DNA of 64,000 nucleotides, taken from NCBI GenBank assembly GCA_965227295.1, contig OZ245742.1, positions 800,001 to 864,000 on the forward strand, in the 5' to 3' direction. This document shows, in pieces, positions 18,417-27,446 of this stretch. The notes beneath the pieces were generated by a model that worked only from the letters and a program-made list of their open reading frames with translations, did not search any database and was not told where the DNA came from. The stretch's first letter is position 1, and each line of letters begins with the position of its first letter. Made by a program: the position numbers and the translations under genes. Source of the DNA: Leptonemataceae bacterium (GTDB lineage: Bacteria; Spirochaetota; Leptospiria; Leptospirales; Leptonemataceae).

Positions 18417-18971
18417 TCACCCCGGCAAATACATCGGCGCGGCTACTTTCTCGCGAACCTCTTTGCCGCAGAGTTGTTCCACTAACTCCAGCGCAAATTC
18501 GAACGCACTCCCCGGCCCGATGCTCGTAGTAATCTTTTCATGGCGCATGAGCCGGGCGTTCTGCACGTACTTGCCGCCCTGGCCGTCTTTCAACGTCGCC
18601 GGATGCAACACGAACGGAACGTCCCCGCTGACGATGCCGTGATTTCGCAGCACGTTCGGTGCCGCGCAAATGGCGCCGATGTAACGATCCTGGTCGCGCA
18701 TCTTTTGCAGGAGTTCCGTAACGACGGGATGCGCTTCCAGATTGCGCGCGCCCTCGGCGCCGCCGGGCAGGACGATCATGTCGAAGTCCTCGCCGGCAAC
18801 ATCGTCAATGAGCGCGTCCGCCACGTGTTTGGTTCCGCGGCTGGCAGTGATGGGTCCGGCATGCAGACCGGCGGCAATGACTTCGAGGTTCGCCCGGCGC
18901 AGGACGTCGATAATGATGATGCCCTCCATCTCTTCGAATCCGTCGGCGAGGGGGACGAGCACTCTCGGCAT
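18417..18971 (-). CDS. DJ-1/YajL/ThiJ family protein
   Basis: GFEEME, DVLRRA, VLPGG, AICAAP, GPGSA motifs. Confidence 0.93.
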   Translation of the reverse strand: MPRVLVPLADGFEEMEGIIIIDVLRRANLEVIAAGLHAGPITASRGTKHVADALIDDVAGEDFDMIVLPGGAEGARNLEAHPVVTELLQKMRDQDRYIGAICAAPNVLRNHGIVSGDVPFVLHPATLKDGQGGKYVQNARLMRHEKITTSIGPGSAFEFALELVEQLCGKEVREKVAAPMYLPG

Positions 18972-18998
18972 GTAAGTTCCTCCAATATAAAGTTAAGA

Positions 18999-20084
18999 TC
19001 AGGAGACGGGTTCTGCCACGTAGTCTTCCAGGTAGAAGATGCGCGTGTCTTCCCGTTTGCCGCGCAGTTTGTTCACGCGCAGGCGTTTTACCCTGGCATG
19101 CGCGCCCAGGGCGTCGCGGGTAGCACCGTCTATGAGTATATCGAGGTTCGCGCGCTTGGTCAACATTTCCAGGCGGCTGGCCACGTTCACCGGATCGCCC
19201 ACCACGGAGTACTCGATGTGCCGGACCGAGCCGATGTTGCCCGCGAAGACCCGACCCGTGGCGATGCCCATGGCCGCTCGCAACGGTTCCGTAAGGTACT
19301 CGGGGCGGACGTCGTTGTACGTGCTGAGGTACTCGCGGATCTGCAACGCGCAGCGAACGCAATTCGCAGCGTCCTCCGGCGAAGAGACCGGGCAACCGAA
19401 TGTCGCAAAAACACCGTCGCCGGTCATCTTGTTGACCGAGCCGTGATTGCCGTATACCAGGTCCATAATGTCCGTAAAAATCTCCGAAAGAAATGAGGAG
19501 AACTCTCGCGGCCCGAGGCTTTCGCCGATCCCGGTACTGTTTCGCAGATCGAAAAACATCAATGAAGCCGTGACGTTGGCGCCGGCCATATCCGCGTCGT
19601 CGTCGTTCAGAATTTTTTCGATGAGTTCGTCCGAGAAGTAACGGGCGAGCCGGTTGCGTTCGCGGGCCAGTTTATCGTTCTCCGCCTTCATGTACTGGCG
19701 GTAGTGCTTGAGCTCGATGAGGTTGCGCAGGCGAATGGCCATCTCCGCCAGATTGAAGGGTTTTTGAATGTACTCGTCCGCGCCGTGCCAGAGCGATTTG
19801 ATCTTCACCTTTTCGCTCTCATCGTCCGAGATGATCATGATCGCTGTTTCTTCGGGACGGCGGGCCTCCTTTACGCGATCGATGAGCTGAAGATTGTCCG
19901 GCCCGGGGTTCTCCATGCCCAGGAGCACGACGTCCGGACGCACATCGCGAACGAGCTCTTCGATCTGCTTCGCACTCGAACTGGTTTCAATGACGTAGCC
20001 GAGTTCGCGGACAGCCTGTTCCAGCAGCGCCAGGGTTTTCGTATCTTCATCCACGGCCAGCAGGCGATGGTTCTCGGTGCCCAT
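18999..20084 (-). CDS. Class III adenylate cyclase with N-terminal degenerate receiver domain
   Basis: FFDLRNST, NKMTGDG, GNIGS, EYSVVGDPVNVASR; receiver has LLG in place of LLD. Confidence 0.9.
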   Translation of the reverse strand: MGTENHRLLAVDEDTKTLALLEQAVRELGYVIETSSSAKQIEELVRDVRPDVVLLGMENPGPDNLQLIDRVKEARRPEETAIMIISDDESEKVKIKSLWHGADEYIQKPFNLAEMAIRLRNLIELKHYRQYMKAENDKLARERNRLARYFSDELIEKILNDDDADMAGANVTASLMFFDLRNSTGIGESLGPREFSSFLSEIFTDIMDLVYGNHGSVNKMTGDGVFATFGCPVSSPEDAANCVRCALQIREYLSTYNDVRPEYLTEPLRAAMGIATGRVFAGNIGSVRHIEYSVVGDPVNVASRLEMLTKRANLDILIDGATRDALGAHARVKRLRVNKLRGKREDTRIFYLEDYVAEPVS

Positions 20085-20149
20085 AGGCGACCAGAGTTGC
20101 AGCTCCAGGCGATGATTGTCTACAAAGAAAGAATGCGCCGATGCTAAGG

Positions 20150-22885
20150 CTACAGCGGCAGTTGAATCGAAAACTCGGTAAACCGTCCCGGGGCGAAGCT
20201 TGTGCGAATCTTACCGCCCAGGTCCTGAATCCCTTTTTTAATGATGTCCATGCCGACACCCCGGCCGGCGAGCTTATCCGATTCATCGGCCGTAGAAAGG
20301 CCTGGCATGTAGATGAGCCGGGCAATCTGCGCCTCGGACCAGGCGTTGATTTCGTCGGCGCTCCACCGGCCGGACTCCAGGGCCAGGCGCCGCAGCTTAT
20401 CGATGGCCAGGCCGCGACCGTCGTCCCGGATCGTAAGATTCAAGCGCCGCTGATCGTTGTCTTCGAGGATCTGCGCCGCGAGCTGAATGGTACCGCAGGC
20501 CGCCTTGGCCGCACCCACGCGCTCGTCCGGTGTTTCGATGCCGTGCGACAGGGAGTTGCGCACTAACTGCACCAGAATGTCCTTTAGCGGCTTACGGAAT
20601 TTCTGCGGAATCATTTCGGCTTCGAAAGCGGCGTGATCCAGGACGCACTCTTTGCCCAGCTCCGTGCTGAGTTTTTCCACGACTCCGGCGAGGCTCTTCA
20701 GGAAGGCTTCGCGGAAACCGCCGACATCCCGCCCGTCGCCCGCGGTGGCGCTGCTGTAATCGGTGAGGCGGCGACTCAGTCCGCCCAGTTCGTCCAGGAG
20801 TTCCTGCATGCGACTCATCATAAAAACCAGCGGCAAAAAATCCGTGCGGCCCAGTTCCGGATTGGCCTTCATTTCCGAGAGACGCTCCTCGAACTCGTGG
20901 GCCTGGTCCGCCACGAAATTCAGTTCCAGGAGTGACGCGTTGCCTTTGATCGTATGCATGGCCCGGTAGATCGCGTCGAGCTTATCGGGAAGGGATAGCG
21001 ACGGGTCGTCGGTACGCAGAATGGTGTTGATGTTTTTAACTTCGGCATTGGAGTCTTCGATGAACTCCGCCAGCGTGGCGGGCTCCACGTGCAGCACGCT
21101 GAAGAGGCGCTCCATTTGTTGTTTGTTCTTTTCTTCGTTGGCCCGCAACTGCCGGGTGAGCATCACCTGTTCGGTTACGTCTTTGACGGCGCCCATCAAG
21201 TGCGTGATCGCCTTGCCGTCGTAGATGCGGCTGAACTTGCACTGTAAGATTTTCGTCGTCGCGCCGCGCACGGTATCGTCGAAGTGAATCTCGAACTCCT
21301 GCATGGGATTCAGGTCGCGCACCCACACGACGTCCATGTCCGGCTTGAGCATAAGTTCCAGGTAATCCTGAATAGCCTGCTGTTCTTCCGGAGTCACCAG
21401 GCGACCGATCATGGTGCCGAAATTTTCCTGGGCCAGGCTCTCGCGCTGGAAGATGCGTTCCAGGGCCTTACTGTACTGCGCCCCGATGATCATATCCGGC
21501 CCCATGAGAAACAGGCCCTCGTCCACGTTTTCAAAGATGGCGTCGCGTTCCTTGAGCGTGGCCTCGAGACTCGACATGACCGTGTTGTAGCGATACGCGA
21601 TCTGGCCGACCTCGGTGAACGGCTCCACGGGAACACGAATGCTCAGATCCCCGCTCCGCGCCTGAGCGTCCATGGCCTGAAACAAATCGATGAGTTCGGT
21701 AGTGGCCCCGTGCTCGGCGACGTTCAGGCCGATCTTCTCGTCCTCGGCACTAACTCTCAGCGGGATTATCTTATCGATCGTCCACAACATGAGGAACCCG
21801 ATGCCGAAGGCCCACACCGCACACGTACCCACACCGAGGGCCTGCGCGCCGAGCTGCTCCCACATGCCAAGGCCGGTACCGAGAATTTCCGGATCGCCGA
21901 AGAGCGCGACCGCGAGCGTCCCCCAGATACCGGCAGCGGCGTGCACCGGGAAGGCGCCCACCGCGTCGTCGATGTGCAGGCGCTCCAGTAACTCTTCAAC
22001 GGCGAACATTACCAGACCGCCGATGCTGCCGATGAGCACGGCGTACGGAGCGGTGACCGCATGACAACTGGCCGTGATGGCGACGAGCCCGGCCAGGCTG
22101 CCGTTAATAATGAACGTAACCTCGGCAACACGTTTGATGGACCAGCCGACGAGCAATGCGGCGACGCCGCCGGCGGCCCCGGCGAGCACGGTGTTGGTAA
22201 TGATGCGCGCAACGCTCGCGTCCATGGCCAGGGTCGAGCCGCCGTTGAAACCGAACCAACCGAACCACAGAAGCAACGAGCCGAGAATCGCGTTGGGAAT
22301 GTTGGAACCGGCAATGTCCCGGGTGGTACCGTCGTCGCCGAAACGTCCGCCCCGGGGTCCGAGTTGAATGACCGCGGCGAGTCCGACCCAGCCGCCGACA
22401 CTATGCACGACGGTGGAACCGGCGAAGTCCACAAAGCCTTCGCCGCCGAGCCAGCCGCCGTCACCCCAGACCCAGTGACCGAAGAGCGGATAGATCAGAC
22501 CGGAGACGACCAGGGTGGCGATGAGATAACTGGAGAAGCGCATGCGTTCTGCCGCGGCGCCGGAGACGATGGTGGCGGCCGTGGCACAGAACATGGCCTG
22601 GAACAAAAAGAACGAGGTATGCCACATCTCGCCGGCGGTATCGAGGAGAAAGGAGTCCGTTCCAACCCAGCCCTTGTAGGTGGCACCGAACATGAGAGCG
22701 AAACCGAAAGCCCAGAAGAGCAGAATCGAGAAGCCGAGGTCGCTCATGTTCTTCATGGCGACGTTGATGCTGTTTTTCGAACGCGTGAAACCGGATTCGA
22801 GCATGGCGAAGCCCGGTTGCATGAGGAATACGAGTCCGGATGCGAGCAGCACCCAGAGAATGTCAGTCAGGCTTTTCTCCGGCAT
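20150..22885 (-). CDS. Ammonium transporter fused to HAMP-like, PAS-like, HPT and CheA-type HATPase domains
   Basis: Amt motifs FQAMF, DFAGSTVVH, WFGWFGFNGGS, DDAVGAFPVH; then MHTIKGNA (HPT), QLVRNSLSHGIE, DDGRG, GRGVGMD; no CheW domain. Confidence 0.92.
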   Translation of the reverse strand: MPEKSLTDILWVLLASGLVFLMQPGFAMLESGFTRSKNSINVAMKNMSDLGFSILLFWAFGFALMFGATYKGWVGTDSFLLDTAGEMWHTSFFLFQAMFCATAATIVSGAAAERMRFSSYLIATLVVSGLIYPLFGHWVWGDGGWLGGEGFVDFAGSTVVHSVGGWVGLAAVIQLGPRGGRFGDDGTTRDIAGSNIPNAILGSLLLWFGWFGFNGGSTLAMDASVARIITNTVLAGAAGGVAALLVGWSIKRVAEVTFIINGSLAGLVAITASCHAVTAPYAVLIGSIGGLVMFAVEELLERLHIDDAVGAFPVHAAAGIWGTLAVALFGDPEILGTGLGMWEQLGAQALGVGTCAVWAFGIGFLMLWTIDKIIPLRVSAEDEKIGLNVAEHGATTELIDLFQAMDAQARSGDLSIRVPVEPFTEVGQIAYRYNTVMSSLEATLKERDAIFENVDEGLFLMGPDMIIGAQYSKALERIFQRESLAQENFGTMIGRLVTPEEQQAIQDYLELMLKPDMDVVWVRDLNPMQEFEIHFDDTVRGATTKILQCKFSRIYDGKAITHLMGAVKDVTEQVMLTRQLRANEEKNKQQMERLFSVLHVEPATLAEFIEDSNAEVKNINTILRTDDPSLSLPDKLDAIYRAMHTIKGNASLLELNFVADQAHEFEERLSEMKANPELGRTDFLPLVFMMSRMQELLDELGGLSRRLTDYSSATAGDGRDVGGFREAFLKSLAGVVEKLSTELGKECVLDHAAFEAEMIPQKFRKPLKDILVQLVRNSLSHGIETPDERVGAAKAACGTIQLAAQILEDNDQRRLNLTIRDDGRGLAIDKLRRLALESGRWSADEINAWSEAQIARLIYMPGLSTADESDKLAGRGVGMDIIKKGIQDLGGKIRTSFAPGRFTEFSIQLPL

Positions 22886-22936
22886 GGGATGGTCCTGTGG
22901 TTGTAGAGTGGCGGCTTAAGAGATAGCGAATGGAAC

Positions 22937-23380
22937 TTACTCGATGCCGGCGACGATGAACGACTTGTGCCCCTTCCAGATGACGGGAATGACGTAGGTC
23001 GGAATACGGACCGGCAGATTGATGCTGGGTTTGCCCACGATGACGATGGGCACCGAGATCATGAAGTTGCTGCCGAAAGACTTGCGCGCGTTGCCGGAGA
23101 TGGTGTTGGCGATTTCACCGACCATGTCCTTCATGGCGTCTTCGGTGGCGTTGCCTTCGCCCAGTACCACTTCCACGATAGCCGTGAGCATGTCCCTGCC
23201 CGTGGTGAAGTAGACGCACCCCTTGCGTTCGCCGGAAATCCCGATGGCCCCGGTATAATCGAGGATGACTTCTTCTTCGCCCTTGAGATACGGGAGGCCG
23301 ATCTCCGGCTCAGAGCCGCCGACCTCACTGAAGTAGTTCAAGGTACCGTTAACAAAAACCTGTACGTCCTGTTCCTGCAT
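22937..23380 (-). CDS. cheX: Chemotaxis phosphatase CheX
   Basis: DYTGAIGISG..KG, GEIANTISGNA (ExxN), ISVP motifs. Confidence 0.92.
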   Translation of the reverse strand: MQEQDVQVFVNGTLNYFSEVGGSEPEIGLPYLKGEEEVILDYTGAIGISGERKGCVYFTTGRDMLTAIVEVVLGEGNATEDAMKDMVGEIANTISGNARKSFGSNFMISVPIVIVGKPSINLPVRIPTYVIPVIWKGHKSFIVAGIE

Positions 23381-23381
23381 C

Positions 23382-23744
23382 TCAGGCGCCCTCCATCAGC
23401 CGGTCGAAAGCTTCTTTGAGTTTGTCTTCGGTGAAGGGTTTGCCGACGAAACCCTTTGCGCCGAGCTTCAATGCTTTGAGGGCCGTGGCCTGATCGCTCA
23501 GGGCGCTGATCACCAGGATGCGCGCGGAACCGTCGATCTTCAGCATCTCTTCGAGAGCGCTGAGACCGTCCATCTCGGGCATGGTGATATCCATGGTCAC
23601 GAGTTCGGGCTTTTTCTCCTGAAACATTTCGATGGCCGTCCGCCCGTCGCCGGCTTCGCCGACCACTTCCAGCTTGTACTGTTCGAGATATTTCTGGATC
23701 GCTTTGCGGATGATGCTGCTATCATCCACGATGAGTATCTTCAT
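23382..23744 (-). CDS. cheY: CheY-like single-domain response regulator
   Basis: ILIVDDS, TMDITMPEMDG, KPF; 120 aa. Confidence 0.88.
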   Translation of the reverse strand: MKILIVDDSSIIRKAIQKYLEQYKLEVVGEAGDGRTAIEMFQEKKPELVTMDITMPEMDGLSALEEMLKIDGSARILVISALSDQATALKALKLGAKGFVGKPFTEDKLKEAFDRLMEGA

Positions 23745-24066
23745 GAGCCACCTGCGCCGTCGGGTTCCATTGCAAATGTTATACCAGGGTTAAATCGGCC
23801 TATTCTGATGATATCAAGCCGAAAAAACAGGCAGGTTGTTAAAAAAACGTGAGGGGTGCTGTTTCCACGCTCAGGTTCTGGGCGGAGAATTCGCGATAGC
23901 TGAGTCGCAAACCGACGTCCGGGTCGAGGCGGACAATGTTAACAAAACGACTTACCACAACTCCCGCGAGCCGTAGCATAAAAATCCCCGCCAGGGTTTC
24001 GCAACTTACTTCATGTTTCCCACGGCAAACGCCGCGAAGTTCGATGCTACGAAACCCCGGGCTCGT

Positions 24067-25080
24067 TTATAACAACTCCGCAATCTGCACGGCATTCAAC
24101 GCGGCGCCCTTGAGAATCTGATCCCCGCAACAGAACAGATCGATCTCGCGGCCGTCTTTAGAGTTCGCGGCCTTGCGCAGCCGGCCCACGAACACCTCGT
24201 CCACGCCGGAGGATTCCAGAGGCATGGGAAAGTAGTTCTTCTCACGATCGTCGATGATCTTCACCCCGGGCATCTTCGCGAGGGCGTCTTGAATGGCACC
24301 GAGGTCCGCCGGGTTTTCCAGTTCCAGGTGCACGGACTCAGCGTGCGCGCGAAACGTGCCGATGCGAATGCACGTCGGAGAAACGCCGATGTCCTCGGTG
24401 TGGAGGATCTTGTGCGTCTCTTTGATCATCTTCGTCTCTTCCTGGTTGTAGCCGGTATCCGGGTCCATCGGTGAATTGTGCGAGAATGCGTTAAACGCGA
24501 TGGGAAACGGAAACGCCTCGGGTTTGATCTCCTTGCCGTCGAGGTAGTCCCGCGCCTGGTCTTCGAGTTCCTGCATGGCCGCGGCGCCGGCGCCGGAGGC
24601 CGCCTGGTACGTCGAGACGACGATGTTCTTCACGGGATTGATGCGATGGATCGGAAACACCGCCATGAGCATGATGATGGTCGAACAGTTGGGATTCGCG
24701 ATGATTCCCTTATGCAACTTCACGTCCTCGGGGTTGATTTCCGGAACGACGAGCGGCGTGTTCGGGTCCATGCGAAACGCCGACGAGTTATCGACGACGA
24801 CGGTACCGGCTTCGACGGCGAGCGGGCCGAACTTCTTGCTTATGGAACCGCCGGCGCTGAAGAGCGCAATGTCGATGCCGGCATCTTTGAAAGACGTCTC
24901 CGTGAGTTCCTGCACGGTGTACTCGGTGCCGCGAAACGTCTGCTTCTTCCCGGCGGAGCGCGCGCTGGAGAGCAACGTCAGTTTGCCCAGGGGAAAGTTG
25001 CGTTTTTCGAGGACCTGCAGGAGCTCCACGCCGACAGCGCCGGTGGAGCCCACGATGGCTACGTGCGGAGAATCTTTCAT
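24067..25080 (-). CDS. asd: Aspartate-semialdehyde dehydrogenase
   Basis: GSTGAVG, VDNSSAFRM, IANPNCST, STYQAASGAG, KGAALNAVQIAE motifs. Confidence 0.97.
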   Translation of the reverse strand: MKDSPHVAIVGSTGAVGVELLQVLEKRNFPLGKLTLLSSARSAGKKQTFRGTEYTVQELTETSFKDAGIDIALFSAGGSISKKFGPLAVEAGTVVVDNSSAFRMDPNTPLVVPEINPEDVKLHKGIIANPNCSTIIMLMAVFPIHRINPVKNIVVSTYQAASGAGAAAMQELEDQARDYLDGKEIKPEAFPFPIAFNAFSHNSPMDPDTGYNQEETKMIKETHKILHTEDIGVSPTCIRIGTFRAHAESVHLELENPADLGAIQDALAKMPGVKIIDDREKNYFPMPLESSGVDEVFVGRLRKAANSKDGREIDLFCCGDQILKGAALNAVQIAELL

Positions 25081-25130
25081 AGTATAACCACAGATTCGCG
25101 GGGCTTCCTGTACGTAAACGCAATCGAAGG

Positions 25131-26195
25131 CTAGCGGCGAGCAGCAATCTGCTTCCGAAACGCCCCCGGGGAAACCCCGGTCTTGCGCCGAAAGGCTTCG
25201 TAAAACACGGAGTTGGTGTTGAATCCCGCTTCAAAACCCACGGCAGTCACCGAAAGCTCCGGCCGCTCCGCGAGCAACTGCCGCGCATACTCCACGCGGT
25301 ACTCATTCACGAAACCGTAGAAGTTCGTATCGAAGCGCGTGTTGATCAGCTCCGACAACTGATGCGCACTCAGGTCCAGGCGTTCCGCGAGGCCGCTCAA
25401 ACTCAGCGAATCATCCTGAAACAGACGCTCGGCTTCCATTATAGAACGGAGTCGTTCCGCGAGGTCGTTCACAGGGAGACCGCGAAGCCGGGACTGTGCG
25501 TAGCGCGCACGTTCGGCCTCTTCCCGCAGAATTTCGAGAAAGGCCGGATGGCGATTGCCGGTCCAGTAGAGCAGAATCAACATTACGGTCACAAAGGCGT
25601 TCAGGATGTCGTGGGGCGCGAAGATTTCGGCCAGGCCGAGGAGGCCGACGGGGATGGCCAGCAGCAGGGCGGCGCGGCGGATTTCCGGGGGCAGGCTCGC
25701 GGATGAATGCCACAGCCCGGCAAACTGATACAACACGGCCAGGGTATACACGACCATCAGGATCGCGGAGGCGTAACCGACGAGGATGACCTGCGGCGGC
25801 ATAAGGAAGTCCGGATCGTTCCACTGCGAGCGACGGAGGACCGCGTAGACGATGAAACTCGCGCCCGCCAGCAGACCGGGAACGAACAACCAGAACGAGC
25901 GGCGGCGTCCTTCCTCGGAATCACCGGCCAGGCCCTGGGTGAAATAGAGATAGAGGAGCGGCCCGGTCCAGAGATACGCCGTGATGGCTCCCAGGTGCAG
26001 GAGATGGGCCGCGGGTCTCTGTCCGTGTTGGACCAGTACCGGATAGAGGCCGCTCGCGCACTGCCAGCCCGCCACCGAAGCCAGCAGGGCCGGCAGGTAT
26101 CGGCTGCCCCGGCCGCCGCGGACGAGCTGCCCGCCGGCCAGGACGGCCGCCAGAAAGCCACCGAACAGAATCCACGCGCTGAACCAGTGAATCAT
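25131..26195 (-). CDS. Membrane-bound AraC-family transcriptional regulator
   Basis: Multiple N-terminal TM segments; C-terminal HQLSELIN, FVNEYRV, GFNTNSVFY..F.R.TG.SP; start set at MIHWF. Confidence 0.88.
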   Translation of the reverse strand: MIHWFSAWILFGGFLAAVLAGGQLVRGGRGSRYLPALLASVAGWQCASGLYPVLVQHGQRPAAHLLHLGAITAYLWTGPLLYLYFTQGLAGDSEEGRRRSFWLFVPGLLAGASFIVYAVLRRSQWNDPDFLMPPQVILVGYASAILMVVYTLAVLYQFAGLWHSSASLPPEIRRAALLLAIPVGLLGLAEIFAPHDILNAFVTVMLILLYWTGNRHPAFLEILREEAERARYAQSRLRGLPVNDLAERLRSIMEAERLFQDDSLSLSGLAERLDLSAHQLSELINTRFDTNFYGFVNEYRVEYARQLLAERPELSVTAVGFEAGFNTNSVFYEAFRRKTGVSPGAFRKQIAARR

Positions 26196-26231
26196 AATGA
26201 AAAAGTTCTCCGGATGTATCCAGACGGATGC

Positions 26232-26260
26232 AATGAGACTGAGAATGAGATTAAATCCCA
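26232..26260. promoter_or_regulatory. Candidate Fur-family operator upstream of the PepSY-TonB receptor operon
   Basis: aatgagactgagaatgagattaaatccca; includes aaTGAGA-N5-TCcCA, the same geometry as the site at 16969. Confidence 0.45.
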
Positions 26261-26297
26261 AAAAGAATTCGGGGCCGGCCCCGGCCAGTCAAAATTC

Positions 26298-27446
26298 ATG
26301 CAACCGCGCACGATTCGCAAACTCCACACCTGGCACGCCTGGACCGGGCTCATCTCCGGCGTCAACGTTCTCATTCTGAGCCTCACCGGCTCCGTGCTCG
26401 TTTTCGTCCATGAACTGCACGAGGCCCTCGGTCCGGAAATTCCCGTCACCATCGACGCCGATCCCGGACTCTACGCCGACCTCCCGCTCCAGCCCCTGGT
26501 CAGCGCCATGCGGGCGGAGTACCCGGACGCCCTGCCCGGCACCGTGGGCATCCCCGATCCGGTGGCGGCCGTGGAGGAGCCGGACGAGTTCCTCTACTTT
26601 TTCGAAGTGTTTCCGCGGGCAGGCGGCGAGGAGATCGAGTTTTTCTTTGATCCCCTGGACGGTCGGTATGCGCAGGCCTCGGACGAAATCGACATCCCCG
26701 CATGGATCTGGCATCTGCACGCGGATCTCTTCGCCGGTCTGCCGGGGCGCATCTTCCTCGGCTTCGTGGGTCTCGCCCTGCTCTTTTCCACCGTAAGCGG
26801 TCTGTTGCTCTACGCCCCGTTCATGAAGGGCCTCGCCTTCGGGACGATTCGCCGGGGCGTCGCGACCCGACTCGCCGTCGCCGACGTGCACAAACTCGTC
26901 GGCATCGTGGCTCTATTCTTTAACATGTTAATGGCAACGACCGGCATCCTGCTTACCCTGGGGCAGCTGCTCATCAATCTCTACAGCTACCAGGTCATCC
27001 GCACGCTCGAACCCGTGGACGTTTCCCCGGGCACCGCCCGGGTGGACGTGGACCGGGTGCTGGCCTCGGCGCGGAGCAACTTTCCGGAGAAACATGTTCG
27101 CTGGATCACCTTTCCCGGCGGCATCCAGGGCGAGCACCACTACGTGGCCTTTGCGTACGAGCGCACGTTCTTTCTTTCGCGCATCCCGTACGTTTGTCTC
27201 ATCAACGCCTACGATGCAGAAGTCGATCTCACCGTGGACCTGCCCTGGTGGATTACGATGATCTACGTCGCCGTGCCGCTGCACTTCGGCGACTTCGGCG
27301 GTCTGGGCCTGCGCCTCGTGTACTGCGTCTTCGGCCTCGCCACCGGAGCCCTGAGCATTACCGGGTTCGCCATGTTTTACCTGAAGCGCCGCCGCAAGAA
27401 CGCCCCGGCACAAGATTACTCTGAAAGGAAGTTAGAGAAAGTATGA
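26298..27446 (+). CDS. PepSY-associated TM helix domain protein (iron-regulated membrane protein)
   Basis: True start ATG 26298 inside ORF 25707..27446; LHTWHAWTG, SLTGS, LHADL, DVHKLVG, LHFGDFGG motifs. Confidence 0.9.
   Translation: MQPRTIRKLHTWHAWTGLISGVNVLILSLTGSVLVFVHELHEALGPEIPVTIDADPGLYADLPLQPLVSAMRAEYPDALPGTVGIPDPVAAVEEPDEFLYFFEVFPRAGGEEIEFFFDPLDGRYAQASDEIDIPAWIWHLHADLFAGLPGRIFLGFVGLALLFSTVSGLLLYAPFMKGLAFGTIRRGVATRLAVADVHKLVGIVALFFNMLMATTGILLTLGQLLINLYSYQVIRTLEPVDVSPGTARVDVDRVLASARSNFPEKHVRWITFPGGIQGEHHYVAFAYERTFFLSRIPYVCLINAYDAEVDLTVDLPWWITMIYVAVPLHFGDFGGLGLRLVYCVFGLATGALSITGFAMFYLKRRRKNAPAQDYSERKLEKV

Noticed and set aside
24020-24065. c-di-GMP-I riboswitch-like start (ggcaaac)
   Set aside because: The rest of the consensus is missing and it is on the opposite strand to the flanking genes.
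25707-26297. N-terminal extension of the PepSY ORF, suggesting a fusion
   Set aside because: Antisense to the AraC gene; PepSY-TM motifs begin at ATG 26298.
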